Assembly (NCBI GenBank): GCA_965208245.1
Contig: OZ242325.1
Coordinates: 158,706 to 222,705, forward strand
From: Candidatus Poribacteria bacterium
GTDB lineage: Bacteria; Poribacteria; WGA-4E; WGA-3G
Reading direction: 5' to 3'
DNA: 64,000 bases
Shown here: positions 1 through 10,878 of the stretch, piece by piece
Position numbering within the stretch: position 1 is the stretch's first letter
How the letters are laid out: each line of letters opens with the position of its first letter
Translations under genes and position numbers: made by a program
Notes under the pieces: generated by a model
The model's input: only the letters and a program-made list of their open reading frames with translations
What the model was told of the DNA's origin: nothing
Databases searched by the model: none

Positions 1-12
1 TCGGTCTAACAG

Positions 13-846
13 ATGTATTACTTGACGCGTCAGACTGCTTTTGAAGCATCCCATTTCAATCGGATACCTGAGTTGAACGATGCAGAGAACTTTCAACTGT
101 TCGGTGCAGCAACTAATCCAAATAGCCACGGACACAATTATGTCCTTGAAGTAATGGTCAAAGGTCATTTAGACACTCATGGCGGGATGGTCATCAATTT
201 AACGGACTTGGATGCTTTGTTGAAAACAGAAGTACAGCCACACTATGACCACAAACTTTTGAATAAACAGCATCCGGTATTTGCAAAAAACCCGCGTTTA
301 CAAACGACTTGTGAGAACATCACGATAGATATATGGCAGAGACTCGTTTCTGCTCTACCTAATGGATTACTGCATCGCGTGCGACTCTATGAAAGTTCCA
401 CACATTTTACTGACTATTATGGAGAGGACATAATGGTTTATCTCACAAAAACTTATGAGTTCAGTGCTGCACACCGTCTGCATAGCCAACAACTTTCAGA
501 TAAGGAAAACCTTGAAATCTTTGGAAAATGTAATAATCCCGCTGGACATGGACATAACTATGTGCTTGAAGTGACTATTAAAGGTACTGTTGATCCTAAA
601 ACAGGATTGGTCGCAGACTTGAACCTGCTTGATGAAGTGGTTGAAAAAGAGGTATTTTTACGCTTTGACTACAAACATCTGAATCTTGATACGTCAGAAT
701 TTGAAACTGTTAATCCAACATCTGAAAACTTTGTCAAAGTACTTTGGGATGTTCTGGAACCGAATTTACGACCTGCACTCTTACACAGAGTGCGATTGCA
801 GGAAACACCCAAAAATCATTTTGATTATTACGGAGAAGACGCATAA
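13..846 (+). CDS. Tandem-domain 6-pyruvoyl-/6-carboxy-tetrahydropterin synthase (PTPS/QueD family), two fused PTPS domains
   Basis: The 277 aa split into two ~135-aa halves that align to each other. Half 2 has the family motif CNNPAGHGHNYVLEV (Cys plus HGH). Half 1 has ATNPNSHGHNYVLEV (HGH kept, Cys lost). Both halves end in LLHRVRL-x-E. Confidence 0.8.
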   Translation: MYYLTRQTAFEASHFNRIPELNDAENFQLFGAATNPNSHGHNYVLEVMVKGHLDTHGGMVINLTDLDALLKTEVQPHYDHKLLNKQHPVFAKNPRLQTTCENITIDIWQRLVSALPNGLLHRVRLYESSTHFTDYYGEDIMVYLTKTYEFSAAHRLHSQQLSDKENLEIFGKCNNPAGHGHNYVLEVTIKGTVDPKTGLVADLNLLDEVVEKEVFLRFDYKHLNLDTSEFETVNPTSENFVKVLWDVLEPNLRPALLHRVRLQETPKNHFDYYGEDA

Positions 847-849
847 TCC

Positions 850-1449
850 ATGAAGACTAAACAGGAAAGTGAAACAGATATTAAACCTGAGGCACCAAAC
901 AGCGCAAATGATTTAGAATTCCTCTATGCACAGATTATTGAAAAGATTGGGGAAGATCCAAACCGTCAAGGTTTAGAAAGAACGCCACTCCGAGCAGCAA
1001 CAGCCATGGAGTTCTTAACAAGCGGCTACAAACATGACTTGACTAAGATATTAAATCAGGCGATCTTTGACGAAGATTATGATGAAATGGTCATTGTCAA
1101 GGATATTGAGTTTTATAGCCTTTGTGAACATCATATACTCCCCTTTTGGGGGAAATGTCACGTCGGCTATCTACCGAGAAAACGTATTATCGGTTTGAGT
1201 AAAATACCGAGAATTGTTGATATGTTTTCACGGCGTTTACAAGTCCAGGAAAGGTTAACGCGCGAGATCGCTGAGACATTGGAATCAGCAATAGAACCGA
1301 CAGGTGTAGGTGTTGTGATGGAAGCACAACATATGTGTATGATGGCACGCGGGGTAGAGAAACAGGCTTCAAAGATGACAACTAACGCAATGCTTGGGAC
1401 ATTCCGGGATGACAGTTCTACCCGTGCAGAGTTTCTGAGATGTATTTAG
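850..1449 (+). CDS. folE: GTP cyclohydrolase I
   Basis: Has [22 protein letters not shown] and QVQERLT motifs typical of FolE. Starts 3 nt after the PTPS stop. Confidence 0.92.
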   Translation: MKTKQESETDIKPEAPNSANDLEFLYAQIIEKIGEDPNRQGLERTPLRAATAMEFLTSGYKHDLTKILNQAIFDEDYDEMVIVKDIEFYSLCEHHILPFWGKCHVGYLPRKRIIGLSKIPRIVDMFSRRLQVQERLTREIAETLESAIEPTGVGVVMEAQHMCMMARGVEKQASKMTTNAMLGTFRDDSSTRAEFLRCI

Positions 1450-1483
1450 GAATCTTTCGGTTTACCGGACACTATAGAATATT

Positions 1484-2212
1484 ATGTTAACACAAAACAG
1501 TATTGAAGGAAAGGTTGCTATTGTTACAGGGGCATCTAAAGGTATTGGTAAAGCAATAGCAGACGTTTTTGCAAATGCGGGGGCAAAGGTGGTTTTGGCA
1601 GCGAGAACGCGCAAAGTCGTTGAAAAAATCGCTAATGATTTAAAGGGAATAGGCGCGGATGTGCTGGCAATTCCGACTGATGTTACAAATGTTGACGCAG
1701 TTCAATTTCTGATCACAGAAACGTTTGATGTCTATCAAAGAATAGACATATTGATAAACAACGCCGGGGTAGGGGTCTTTGGCCATGTTATGGATTATGA
1801 CTACACAGATTGGGATACAGTTATCAATTCAAACTTAAAAGGTGTGTTTCTCTGCTCCAAATTTGCACTGCCGCATCTGATCGCAGACGATGGTGGACAG
1901 ATAATAAATGTGCTATCTATCGCTGCAAAAGTCCCCTTTCCTGCTTCAGGAGCATATTGTGCAGCAAAAGCAGGAGCACTCGCCTTGACAAAGGTAATGG
2001 CAACCGAAGTGCAACAACAAAACGTTCGCGTAACAGCAGTTCTACCCGGTTCAGTTGAAACAACGTTTTGGGATGATATACCAGAGCATCCAGACTTTGA
2101 CAAGATGCTCAAACCGGAACATATTGCAGATGCGGTTTTGTCTGTATGTCAACAACCTAACGGCATGGTCACGGAAGAGATAGTCGTGATGCCACCACTT
2201 GGAATTTTGTAA
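1484..2212 (+). CDS. Short-chain dehydrogenase/reductase (SDR), possibly a pterin (sepiapterin-type) reductase
   Basis: Has TGASKGIGKA Rossmann motif, NNAG, and the catalytic Y-CAAK. The pterin role rests on genomic context only. Confidence 0.8.
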   Translation: MLTQNSIEGKVAIVTGASKGIGKAIADVFANAGAKVVLAARTRKVVEKIANDLKGIGADVLAIPTDVTNVDAVQFLITETFDVYQRIDILINNAGVGVFGHVMDYDYTDWDTVINSNLKGVFLCSKFALPHLIADDGGQIINVLSIAAKVPFPASGAYCAAKAGALALTKVMATEVQQQNVRVTAVLPGSVETTFWDDIPEHPDFDKMLKPEHIADAVLSVCQQPNGMVTEEIVVMPPLGIL

Positions 2213-2265
2213 GGATTTCATAGTACAGTTATTTTGGAAAGTTATTGGACAGAGTGTAGAAGTGG

Positions 2266-3597
2266 TTACGTTTTGAATCTCCCCAGACGATGCCGAATCC
2301 GTATTTTTTTGATGGCTCGTGTATCTGCATCTAATATCGTAATAACTGAGTCACCAAGTTCCAATTCTGTTCCGGTTTCCGGTATCGTACCGGTCCGTTC
2401 AAGGATATAACCTGCAATAGTTTCATAGTCGCCTTCAGGAATAGATAATCCATACTGTTCATCTAAAATGTCGATTTCAGCTCTACCTTCACATTCAATG
2501 ATGACTGGTGAGATCAGATGTATGGAATCGGGATCATCTCGTTCATCGGCAAATTCACCAACGATTTCTTCTACAAGGTCTTCAACGGTTAAAAGTCCAA
2601 CAATGCCACTGTATTCATCAACCGCAAATACCATCGTATGCTGGGTTTGCTGAATTTCTTTAAGGAGGGCGTTTATATTTTTCGATTCTGGAACAACATG
2701 TAAGTCTGTACGGATAAAGGATTCAATTGTATCAGGTAGATTCTCTGCATAGATCACATCTAAAAGGTTGACAATTCCAATAATGTCGTATATCCGTTCA
2801 TCGTAAACTGGCAGACGAGAGTATCCTGAATCAACAGCAATCTGAAAAAAATCTTCACAAGTGGTTGTTTTTTCAATCGCTACGATATCAACAAGCGGCA
2901 CCATTACCTGCCGTACTGTTCGGTTTTGAATATTAAGCAAACGGTGAATCATACGCCGCTGTTCAGCATGTAGATTTCCTGATTGTTCCCCCATAGTTGC
3001 AACCAAACGTAATTCTTCCCGCTGCACATCAACATTAGGTTCAGAAGGCCCCCTATCAATGATCCTAACAAGGACTTTCGTTACTGTTTGCACAAAGTAG
3101 ATAAGCGGGGCTAAAATATAATCAGAAAATCTCAATAGATAGGCATACCGTAAAGCAAGTATATCCGCTTTTACGCGAAATACGGTCTTGGGTAATATCT
3201 CTCCGAAGATAAGAAGGAGTATCGTTACATAAAGGATAGAGATAACCCCTTGTATTCTATCTGATATATTTGTATCTGACAAGACATGTTCAGTCAATCG
3301 GTCCCCGTATTGTGCAATGAGTATATTCACAAGATTAGTACCCACTAATGTGAGAGCAAGCATCTTATCAGGCGATGCAACTAAACGGTGGATAATCCTT
3401 GCCTTTTTGTCTTTAGACTCAACAAGTTGATTTATCCGCAGTTTATTTACAGAGACGAGAGCAGTTTCTGAACCGGAGTAGAATGCCGAACAGATAAGAC
3501 AGATAAGTATAGCAACAGTGAACGAAGTGATCAGTAAAGCGGATTGTGTTGCACTACCTGCACCAATTAGAAAAAGGGATAAAATTAGGATTTGCAA
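2266..3597 (-). CDS. CNNM/HlyC-CorC family transporter (DUF21 + CBS pair + CorC_HlyC domain)
   Basis: Has N-terminal TM helices with GSETAL, a central CBS-like region, and a C-terminal GDYETIAGYILE...G motif. Confidence 0.8.
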   Translation of the reverse strand: MQILILSLFLIGAGSATQSALLITSFTVAILICLICSAFYSGSETALVSVNKLRINQLVESKDKKARIIHRLVASPDKMLALTLVGTNLVNILIAQYGDRLTEHVLSDTNISDRIQGVISILYVTILLLIFGEILPKTVFRVKADILALRYAYLLRFSDYILAPLIYFVQTVTKVLVRIIDRGPSEPNVDVQREELRLVATMGEQSGNLHAEQRRMIHRLLNIQNRTVRQVMVPLVDIVAIEKTTTCEDFFQIAVDSGYSRLPVYDERIYDIIGIVNLLDVIYAENLPDTIESFIRTDLHVVPESKNINALLKEIQQTQHTMVFAVDEYSGIVGLLTVEDLVEEIVGEFADERDDPDSIHLISPVIIECEGRAEIDILDEQYGLSIPEGDYETIAGYILERTGTIPETGTELELGDSVITILDADTRAIKKIRIRHRLGRFKT

Positions 3598-3612
3598 AAT
3601 AAAAGTACTCGG

Positions 3613-4962
3613 TTAATTTTCTTCTTCTGGTTCATCAGATTCAGGCACGCAGATTAGCAGACTTGTGATTAAGTTTCCTTCTGTCTCAATGATTTTAAAC
3701 TCTAAACCGTATTCATTCACTTGTGTTTCGCCTTCAGAAGGGATTCGTCCAAACAGTCCGTAAGCGTAACCACCGATTGTATCCGCATCATTTTCCTGAA
3801 TATCGAGTCCATATTGATAGTTCAGATCACGAATGCTCATGCGTCCTGTAGTTTCTATTATTAATGGGTTTTCTGAGTGTATTATACATCCATTTTCAGA
3901 ATTGGCTTTATCATGTTCATCAACGATATCACCGACAACTTGTTCAACGATATCTTCTGTGGTGACGATGCCGGCGAATCCGCCATATTCATCGTGGAGG
4001 ACAGCTAATTTAGTTTTCTCACGTTTCAGTCTTAACAACAGCATCCCGATTTTGCGGATTTCAAGTGCAGTGACAGGTTCGCGTATGAGGGGGGCTTGCT
4101 CAAATATCTCTGCAAACTGTTCTCTTTTTTTAAGGAACACCTCAATCGTTAGAGAGTTGACATCTTTATGACGCCATTTTGCAATATCTTTGACGTAGAA
4201 AACTCCGCATATTTTGTCAATTTCTTCTTGATAGACAAGTATGCGAGAACAGCCGAATTGCTTTGCTTGAGTCAATGTTTCTTGGATAGTGTGCAAGGTG
4301 GACACAGCAACGACTTCAGTCCTGGGAACCATGATTTCTTTCGCTTCTATATCTTGCAATTCAAGGATATTGCTGACAATTTCACGTTCGTCTGGGGGAA
4401 GTGTCTCTTCGTGATATGTTTTGAAAAACTCTTGCAAATCTTCTGCTGTGAATTCTTCGTCTTCTAATGGGTTTCCACCGAATATGGGAACAAGTTGGTC
4501 GATAATCCTTCGAAGCAGTGAACGTAAAGGAGTAATACAGATTGAAAAGCCCCATAAAGGTGGCGCAGCTATTTTCGCAAAAGTTATAGGATACTTTATA
4601 GCATAGGTCTTTGGTGCCATCTCACCAAAGATGAGCATCGGCACAACAGTGAATAGTAACGCAAGTGATTGAAGAATATTCTCGCTTTCTATGGAATCCG
4701 AGAATATTGACAGGACAAGTCGGAGAACAAGTATCGCAAAAGAAACATTAACCAGATTGTTACCAAGTAGAACAGTGATAAACAGTCGACGAGGATTGTC
4801 AACAAAATTGACAATTGCAGAGGTCCCTCCTCGCTCAAGCCGTAACTTTTCTATCTGCACACGAGTCAAAGCACAGAGAGCAGTTTCAGAACCAGAGAAA
4901 AAACCCGATAGGATGAGTAAACCTACTAATCCAATAAAATAAGGTAGTAGTGGAACTTCCAT
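3613..4962 (-). CDS. CNNM/HlyC-CorC family transporter, tandem paralog
   Basis: Same architecture as the neighbour (GSETAL, REIMVPRTE, DADTIGGYAYGLFGRIP). Confidence 0.8.
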   Translation of the reverse strand: MEVPLLPYFIGLVGLLILSGFFSGSETALCALTRVQIEKLRLERGGTSAIVNFVDNPRRLFITVLLGNNLVNVSFAILVLRLVLSIFSDSIESENILQSLALLFTVVPMLIFGEMAPKTYAIKYPITFAKIAAPPLWGFSICITPLRSLLRRIIDQLVPIFGGNPLEDEEFTAEDLQEFFKTYHEETLPPDEREIVSNILELQDIEAKEIMVPRTEVVAVSTLHTIQETLTQAKQFGCSRILVYQEEIDKICGVFYVKDIAKWRHKDVNSLTIEVFLKKREQFAEIFEQAPLIREPVTALEIRKIGMLLLRLKREKTKLAVLHDEYGGFAGIVTTEDIVEQVVGDIVDEHDKANSENGCIIHSENPLIIETTGRMSIRDLNYQYGLDIQENDADTIGGYAYGLFGRIPSEGETQVNEYGLEFKIIETEGNLITSLLICVPESDEPEEEN

Positions 4963-5174
4963 GCATTTGTATGGACGAAGTATAGTCAGATATTCGCCCG
5001 GGAGTATCAGACCTAAATTCCGTTTGTTGTATGATATACTAATGTAAAAACAACTATATGAATGACTTGATACTTATGTTAACATGTTAAGAGATTAAAA
5101 GCAACAAAAAAATCCTACATATTAATAGATTCAGATTCAAGTGTTCAACAAGAACGTGTTACAACTGAAAACAA

Positions 5175-5222
5175 CTATTGATCAAAAAATAATCTAATCT
5201 ATTGGTCAAAAAATAATCTAAT
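5175..5222. repeat. Tandem 24-bp direct repeat (ctattg[a/g]tcaaaaaataatctaat x2) abutting the eda ORF
   Basis: Read directly: two adjacent copies with one mismatch. Confidence 0.85.
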
Positions 5223-5235
5223 AATGAGGCAGCGT

Positions 5236-5877
5236 ATGACAAAATTAGAACAGATGCACCGTATTGAAGAATGTGGTATTGTGGGAATAATTCGTGCCAA
5301 CAACTCAAATGAACTGATTGAAGCAGCAGAGGCTATTCAAACTGGAGGCATTAACGTTATCGAAATAACGATGACAATACCAGACGCGTTACGTGTAATC
5401 ACTGAAGTGTCTACAAGGTTTGGGAATACGGTATTAATTGGTGTTGGGTCCGTTTTGGACTCTGAAACGGCGCGCACTGCAATGCTTGCAGGTGCTGAAT
5501 TTGTCGTCAGTCCAGTTACAAAACCAGAAGTAATTGAAATCTGCAACCGCTACGGTAAAGTCGTCATACCTGGAGCATTTACCCCTACAGAGATTTTGAC
5601 AGCCTGGGAACTTGGTGCGGATTATGTCAAAGTTTTTCCTTCAACTGTCATGGGGCCGTCCTATATCAAAGATATTAAGGCACCGCTACCCCAGATTCCA
5701 CTAATTCCAACCGGCGGCATCAACCCAGAAAATGCAGCCGAATATATGTCTGCAGGGGCAGCCGCTTTAGGGGTAGGAAGTTTTCTGGTAAGTAGGAGTC
5801 TCATTGAAGCTCGCGATTTCAATGAACTTACCGTAAGAGCAAAAAAATTGGCAATTGCCGTTAATTCTAGGCAATAA
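5236..5877 (+). CDS. eda: 2-dehydro-3-deoxyphosphogluconate / 4-hydroxy-2-oxoglutarate aldolase
   Basis: Has VIEITMT, EFVVSPV, IPGAFTPTE, VKVFP and PTGGI motifs. The ATG at 5236 has a GAGG 6 nt upstream. The ORF-track start at 5224 has no RBS. Confidence 0.85.
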   Translation: MTKLEQMHRIEECGIVGIIRANNSNELIEAAEAIQTGGINVIEITMTIPDALRVITEVSTRFGNTVLIGVGSVLDSETARTAMLAGAEFVVSPVTKPEVIEICNRYGKVVIPGAFTPTEILTAWELGADYVKVFPSTVMGPSYIKDIKAPLPQIPLIPTGGINPENAAEYMSAGAAALGVGSFLVSRSLIEARDFNELTVRAKKLAIAVNSRQ

Positions 5878-5985
5878 TTCAAAATCAAATTATTAACGTT
5901 GACAGTTCTTGCTATATTTGCTAATTTAAAAAGCGTTATCTACACCGTCTGATTTTCTGTACGATTCAACATAAGATCCGCCACC

Positions 5986-7983
5986 ATGAAGATTAACCAA
6001 TTAATATTAGGTAAATACAGATTAGAGGAATATCTGAGTTCAGGTAGTTTCTCGTCAGTCTTTCGCGCCCGTGAAGAAATGACAGAACGCATCGTTGCAA
6101 TCAAAGCAGTATCTAAAGATGCCTATCCTGCAGATAGACTACGTTATTTGCGAACTGAACTCCAATCAATGTCAAAGATAGGAGGACACCCGAATATTGT
6201 CGCTATTCATACTGTTGAACCCGGTAGGGATAACTGTCTCGCTTGGATAGTTATGGAATATATTGAAGGGGCAAACCTACATCAACTTGTGCAACAGGAT
6301 GACCTAACTATTAACGACGTACTTAATATCGGGATAGGTATATGCAACGGATTGAAAGCCGCACATGCAGAAAATATTTTACACCGTGACATTAAACCGC
6401 AGAATATATTGCTTACGGCTGATAAAGAGGCAAAAATAGCGGACTTTGGCATCGCACGAATATTTGGTGACGCTTCAAAATTTGCCTCCACAATGACAGG
6501 GACAAGACGTTACATGGCACCAGAACAACACTACGGTGCCTATGATTACCGAGCTGACCTATACGCTACAGGACTGCTCTTATGTGAAGCACTCACAAAA
6601 CAATACCCTTTCTCGGGTGAAGCATATGAAATTGATAGAAAGAAAGCCGCAGGTGAAATTGAGAACTTTGAAAAATGTCCAGAGGAATTCAGGAATTTTG
6701 CTGTAAAAGCTCTCAATAGGGATGTAGATAAACGATATCAAACCGCAGCTGAAATGTATGATGAACTCGATAGAATCCGACGTTGGAAATATGAACAGCA
6801 AGCATCTATACTCATAGCCGAAAGTACTAATTCCCCCGCTACTGAATTGGCAAAAGCTCTTGAACGATGTAGAAAAACTTTCCGTTTAGAGATTGATGTT
6901 GCCGAACTGATCAACCACACACTCTTCTTTGAAACACGCAACAGACAGGAAACGGAAAAAGAAGAAAAACGGAAAATTCGCATTAAACAACACTATACCA
7001 ATGCTATTGAATACATCGAAAGTGGATCTGTTGATGAGACACTAAGAGAGTTACATAAAGCACACAATCTCAGTTTACAAGAAGCCGACCTCGAAGCACA
7101 AGCAAATACCATCTTTAAGAAAGTGACAGATGCAACATCGCTTCCAGATAGGTTAACAGTTCAAGACATCGTCCAATTAATTGAAAAGTTATCCGAAACG
7201 GAAAAAGCTAACCTACAGGATATGTTGACTGTATCAGAAAATGAATCAAACCCTACTGTTTACTACGATGAACCTGATGTACACCATGAAGAACCTGAAA
7301 TTGTCCATGAAGACTTAGATAATTTCCTTGCTCCTCAGACGCAGATGCAACAAGAAAGAAGTTACCGGGTATTAATTGAGGAAGCACCGCCTGAGTTTTT
7401 ATTGGATAAGGTGCACGAGGATATTCAATATCCGCATGAAAGAGAAGCAGCACATATTTATCAGCAGGCACAAATATATATGCAACAAGAGAATATACGT
7501 CGATGTTTGATTCAATATAGTAGACTCGGATCATTTTACAACAGACACGCCAAAAAGTTCATAAGAGTGAATGAAATTGAACTTGTAGCAAACTGTTATA
7601 CACGGGCACGATTCTCGTATGCCGCAGCAAAAAAGCAACGTCATGCAAGAAAAAATGCAAAAAACGGTGCTATTTATTATGTTCGTTTGGCACGACAGTT
7701 AGAAATGCAACGAGCATGGACAGAGGCAGGAAAATCGTTTATACTAGCAGCAGATAATTACCGGTTTGCACAACTCAATCCAGAAGTTCAAAAGTGTAAA
7801 GTTTCTGCTACCGTCTGCTATTTCAATGCAGCCGAAATTGCACATTTCAACGGTGATTTACAGACAGCTTATGATTATTATATGCAAATATTATCAATTG
7901 GTGAGAAATTATCAAATCCACCAAGATCTGTGATTGAAGCACAGAAATTGGTGGACGAAATACGGATGGAAAGCATTGGATAA
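5986..7983 (+). CDS. Ser/Thr protein kinase with long helical (TPR-like) C-terminal region
   Basis: Has Hanks kinase motifs VAIK, HRDIKPQNILL, DFGIAR and APE. Confidence 0.85.
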   Translation: MKINQLILGKYRLEEYLSSGSFSSVFRAREEMTERIVAIKAVSKDAYPADRLRYLRTELQSMSKIGGHPNIVAIHTVEPGRDNCLAWIVMEYIEGANLHQLVQQDDLTINDVLNIGIGICNGLKAAHAENILHRDIKPQNILLTADKEAKIADFGIARIFGDASKFASTMTGTRRYMAPEQHYGAYDYRADLYATGLLLCEALTKQYPFSGEAYEIDRKKAAGEIENFEKCPEEFRNFAVKALNRDVDKRYQTAAEMYDELDRIRRWKYEQQASILIAESTNSPATELAKALERCRKTFRLEIDVAELINHTLFFETRNRQETEKEEKRKIRIKQHYTNAIEYIESGSVDETLRELHKAHNLSLQEADLEAQANTIFKKVTDATSLPDRLTVQDIVQLIEKLSETEKANLQDMLTVSENESNPTVYYDEPDVHHEEPEIVHEDLDNFLAPQTQMQQERSYRVLIEEAPPEFLLDKVHEDIQYPHEREAAHIYQQAQIYMQQENIRRCLIQYSRLGSFYNRHAKKFIRVNEIELVANCYTRARFSYAAAKKQRHARKNAKNGAIYYVRLARQLEMQRAWTEAGKSFILAADNYRFAQLNPEVQKCKVSATVCYFNAAEIAHFNGDLQTAYDYYMQILSIGEKLSNPPRSVIEAQKLVDEIRMESIG

Positions 7984-7998
7984 TGGAGACTTAGGAAC

Positions 7999-9867
7999 AT
8001 GAAAACACGCGAACTAACGATGGGACAAGCCATCGTCCAATTTCTCAAACAGCAGTACGTTGAACGAGATGGCATCAAAACGGAATTCTTCGCTGGAATG
8101 TTTGGAATCTTTGGACATGGAAATGTCGCAGGTATTGGACAAGCACTACACCAATACTCAGATGAATTTCGTTTTTATCAAACACGGAACGAACAGTCTA
8201 TGGTACATACCGCAGCTGCTTTTGCAAAGATGTCTAACCGACTCAAAACCTTTGCTTGTACCTCTTCTATTGGTCCGGGGGCAACAAATATGCTCACAGG
8301 TGCCGCGGGAGCCACTATCAACAGACTACCTGTGCTCCTGTTACCAGGAGACATCTTTTCTACACGGTTAGTTGCACCTGTCCTGCAACAGTTGGAATCT
8401 CCGCATTCACAAGATATCTCAGTTAACGATTGCTTCAAACCTATTTCTCAATATTGGGACCGCATAAATCGCCCTGAGCAGATTATCACTGCATTACCAG
8501 AGGCAATGCGCGTGCTAACGTCACAAGCCAATACGGGTACAGTAACATTAGCATTACCACAAGATGTTCAAGCAGAAGCATTTCCATACCCGGTAAAACT
8601 TTTTGAGAAACGTGTCTATACTATCCCAAGACCGCGCGCTGATGAAAACCTATTCAACCGGGCAGTAAAATGGATTGCAAGTAGCGAAAAACCTATCATC
8701 ATTGCCGGCGGTGGGGTGAGCTATAGTGAAGCAACTGAACAGTTAGCACAATTTGTTGAGAAAACTGGCATCCCTGTTGGAGAGACCTTTGCAGGTAAAG
8801 GTTCATTACGGTATGACCACCCACAAAACCTCGGTGCCATTGGCACAACAGGAACACCAAGTGCAAACATCACTGCCCGTGAAGCAGACCTGGTCATAGC
8901 CATCGGAACAAGATTGAGCGATTTCACGACTGCATCAAAAACCGCTTTCCAAAATCCGAACGTTAGATTCATCAATATTAACATTGCTGAGTTTGATGCT
9001 GCCAAACACGATGCACTACCTTTAATTACCGATGCTCGTGTTACGCTATCCGAATTGACAGATGCTATTGGAAATTATAGAATCAGCACCGATTATGCAT
9101 CTCGAATAAAAAAATATAGAGATACATGGGATGAGGAAGTGGACAGATTATTTCATCTTGACCTTCAACCACTGCCGAGTCAGAGTGAAGTTATAGGTGT
9201 TGTCAATGAATTTTCACGTCCCGAAGATGTCGTCGTGTGTGCTGCGGGTAGTCTACCCGGCGACCTACACAAACTCTGGCGGACACGCAATCCGAAACAG
9301 TTCCATCTTGAATACGGATACTCTTGCATGGGATATGAAATCGCTGGTGGACTAGGCATAAAAATGGCTGACCCGATACGTGATGTCTATGTGCTTGTCG
9401 GCGACGGTTCATATCTCATGTTAGCACAGGAAATCGTTACCTCAATTCAGGAAAACTATAAGTTGATTATTGTCCTAATCAATAACGACGGACATAGCAG
9501 TACCGGTGAATTATCTGAAGCAATAGGCGCACAAGGCTTTGCAACCAGATTCAGATATAGAGACGACAACTCAGGAAAACTTCATGGAGATTTTTTACCC
9601 GTTAACCTCGCAGCAAATGCTGAAAGTCTCGGGGCAAACGCCATTCAAGCAACGACACCACATACCCTAAAAATGGCACTACAGGAAGCACGGGATGCTG
9701 ATAAGACTACTGTTGTAAAGATTGATGTTGATTTTGACGTGAGAGTACCACAATATGAATCATGGTGGGATGTTCCTGTCGCGGAAGTCTCTGAAGTAGA
9801 ATCTGCTGAAAAAGCATATCAAACGTATACGGAAGCAAAGAAAAAGGAACGATATTTTCTTGGATAG
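7999..9867 (+). CDS. iolD: 3D-(3,5/4)-trihydroxycyclohexane-1,2-dione acylhydrolase-like thiamine-diphosphate enzyme
   Basis: 622 aa. The N-terminus (LTMGQAIVQFLKQQYVERDG) and the GDGSYLM TPP motif resemble IolD. Confidence 0.7.
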   Translation: MKTRELTMGQAIVQFLKQQYVERDGIKTEFFAGMFGIFGHGNVAGIGQALHQYSDEFRFYQTRNEQSMVHTAAAFAKMSNRLKTFACTSSIGPGATNMLTGAAGATINRLPVLLLPGDIFSTRLVAPVLQQLESPHSQDISVNDCFKPISQYWDRINRPEQIITALPEAMRVLTSQANTGTVTLALPQDVQAEAFPYPVKLFEKRVYTIPRPRADENLFNRAVKWIASSEKPIIIAGGGVSYSEATEQLAQFVEKTGIPVGETFAGKGSLRYDHPQNLGAIGTTGTPSANITAREADLVIAIGTRLSDFTTASKTAFQNPNVRFININIAEFDAAKHDALPLITDARVTLSELTDAIGNYRISTDYASRIKKYRDTWDEEVDRLFHLDLQPLPSQSEVIGVVNEFSRPEDVVVCAAGSLPGDLHKLWRTRNPKQFHLEYGYSCMGYEIAGGLGIKMADPIRDVYVLVGDGSYLMLAQEIVTSIQENYKLIIVLINNDGHSSTGELSEAIGAQGFATRFRYRDDNSGKLHGDFLPVNLAANAESLGANAIQATTPHTLKMALQEARDADKTTVVKIDVDFDVRVPQYESWWDVPVAEVSEVESAEKAYQTYTEAKKKERYFLG

Positions 9868-9910
9868 TTGTAATTGTTCTGTGGCATAACCTTTAATTAT
9901 TTTATGGGAT

Positions 9911-10030
9911 ATGAAAACCAGTAAACATATCCGCACACTATCGGGACATACGGAAAAAATCAGATGCGTCACATTTAGTCCAGATGGAAACATGATCATT
10001 AGCGGAAGTGATGATAAAACCCTTATATAA
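9911..10030 (+). pseudogene. Isolated single WD40 blade (relic of a WD40-repeat gene)
   Basis: Hand translation gives MKTSKHIRTLSGHTEKIRCVTFSPDGNMIISGSDDKTLI*. This is one canonical WD40 repeat with nothing on either side. Confidence 0.6.
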
Positions 10031-10867
10031 GATTATTTTTCATATTACTCTCCAACCACTTCTGAATCTGTGCTAACTTGTCAGCGGCGATGTGAACGAC
10101 ATTTTCATCTGTTGGAAAGTCGCCGTTTTCTACCTCCTGCTTGTATTGACATATCGCCTCAAGCGTAAATTGGTTGTAATCCTGATAACGTTTTGCATGT
10201 CTGAAAGGAGTCCCTATCCCCAATATATCGTTGATAACGAGTACCTGTCCATCACAGTATCTACCTGCACCGATACCTATTGTCGGAATGTCAAGCGTCT
10301 CCGTGATAATTTGGCTAATCTCTTCTGTGATTTTCTCAAGCACGATGAGTTTCGCACCGGCAGCTTCAAGTGCTGATGCGGTTTGAATGAGTTCCTTTGC
10401 TTTCGCAACCGTTTTGCCGTGTGTTGATACTCTTGTACCGTGAATCTGTGGGGTGTGTCCGATGTGTGTACAGACATCTATTCCTTGATCGGTGAGTGCA
10501 GTAACAATAGGAACCTTCTCTGTGCCACCTTCTAATTTAATACCATCAGCTCCGTTGTCTAAGAAAATATTGCATTGGCAACAACTTGCTTAGAATTACG
10601 ATCAGATGCATAAGGCATATCGACGAGGAGGTAGGCATGAGTTACACCGCGACGCACAGCTTTGAGGTGATGAAGCATATCCGCCATCGTCACCTCCATC
10701 TCGCTTTTGTAGCCGAGGATATTCGTGCCGACGCTATCCCCGACAAAAACGATGTCTATCTCTGCTTCATCTTGCATGCAAGCAGTGGGATAATCGTAGC
10801 AAGTTAGCACGGTGATCGGTTGGTACTGCTGTTTTTTAGTCTGAAGGTAAGCGATGTCTTTCTTCAT
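10023..10867 (-). pseudogene. panB: 3-methyl-2-oxobutanoate hydroxymethyltransferase, interrupted by a frameshift near 10556-10575
   Basis: The N-terminal ORF (10559-10867) stops at ...VVANAIFS*. The next frame continues NIFLDNGADGIKLEGG...CTHIGHTPQ... to 10023. This is either a sequencing error or a real pseudogene. Confidence 0.8.
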
Positions 10868-10878
10868 TGTTGAATTTG

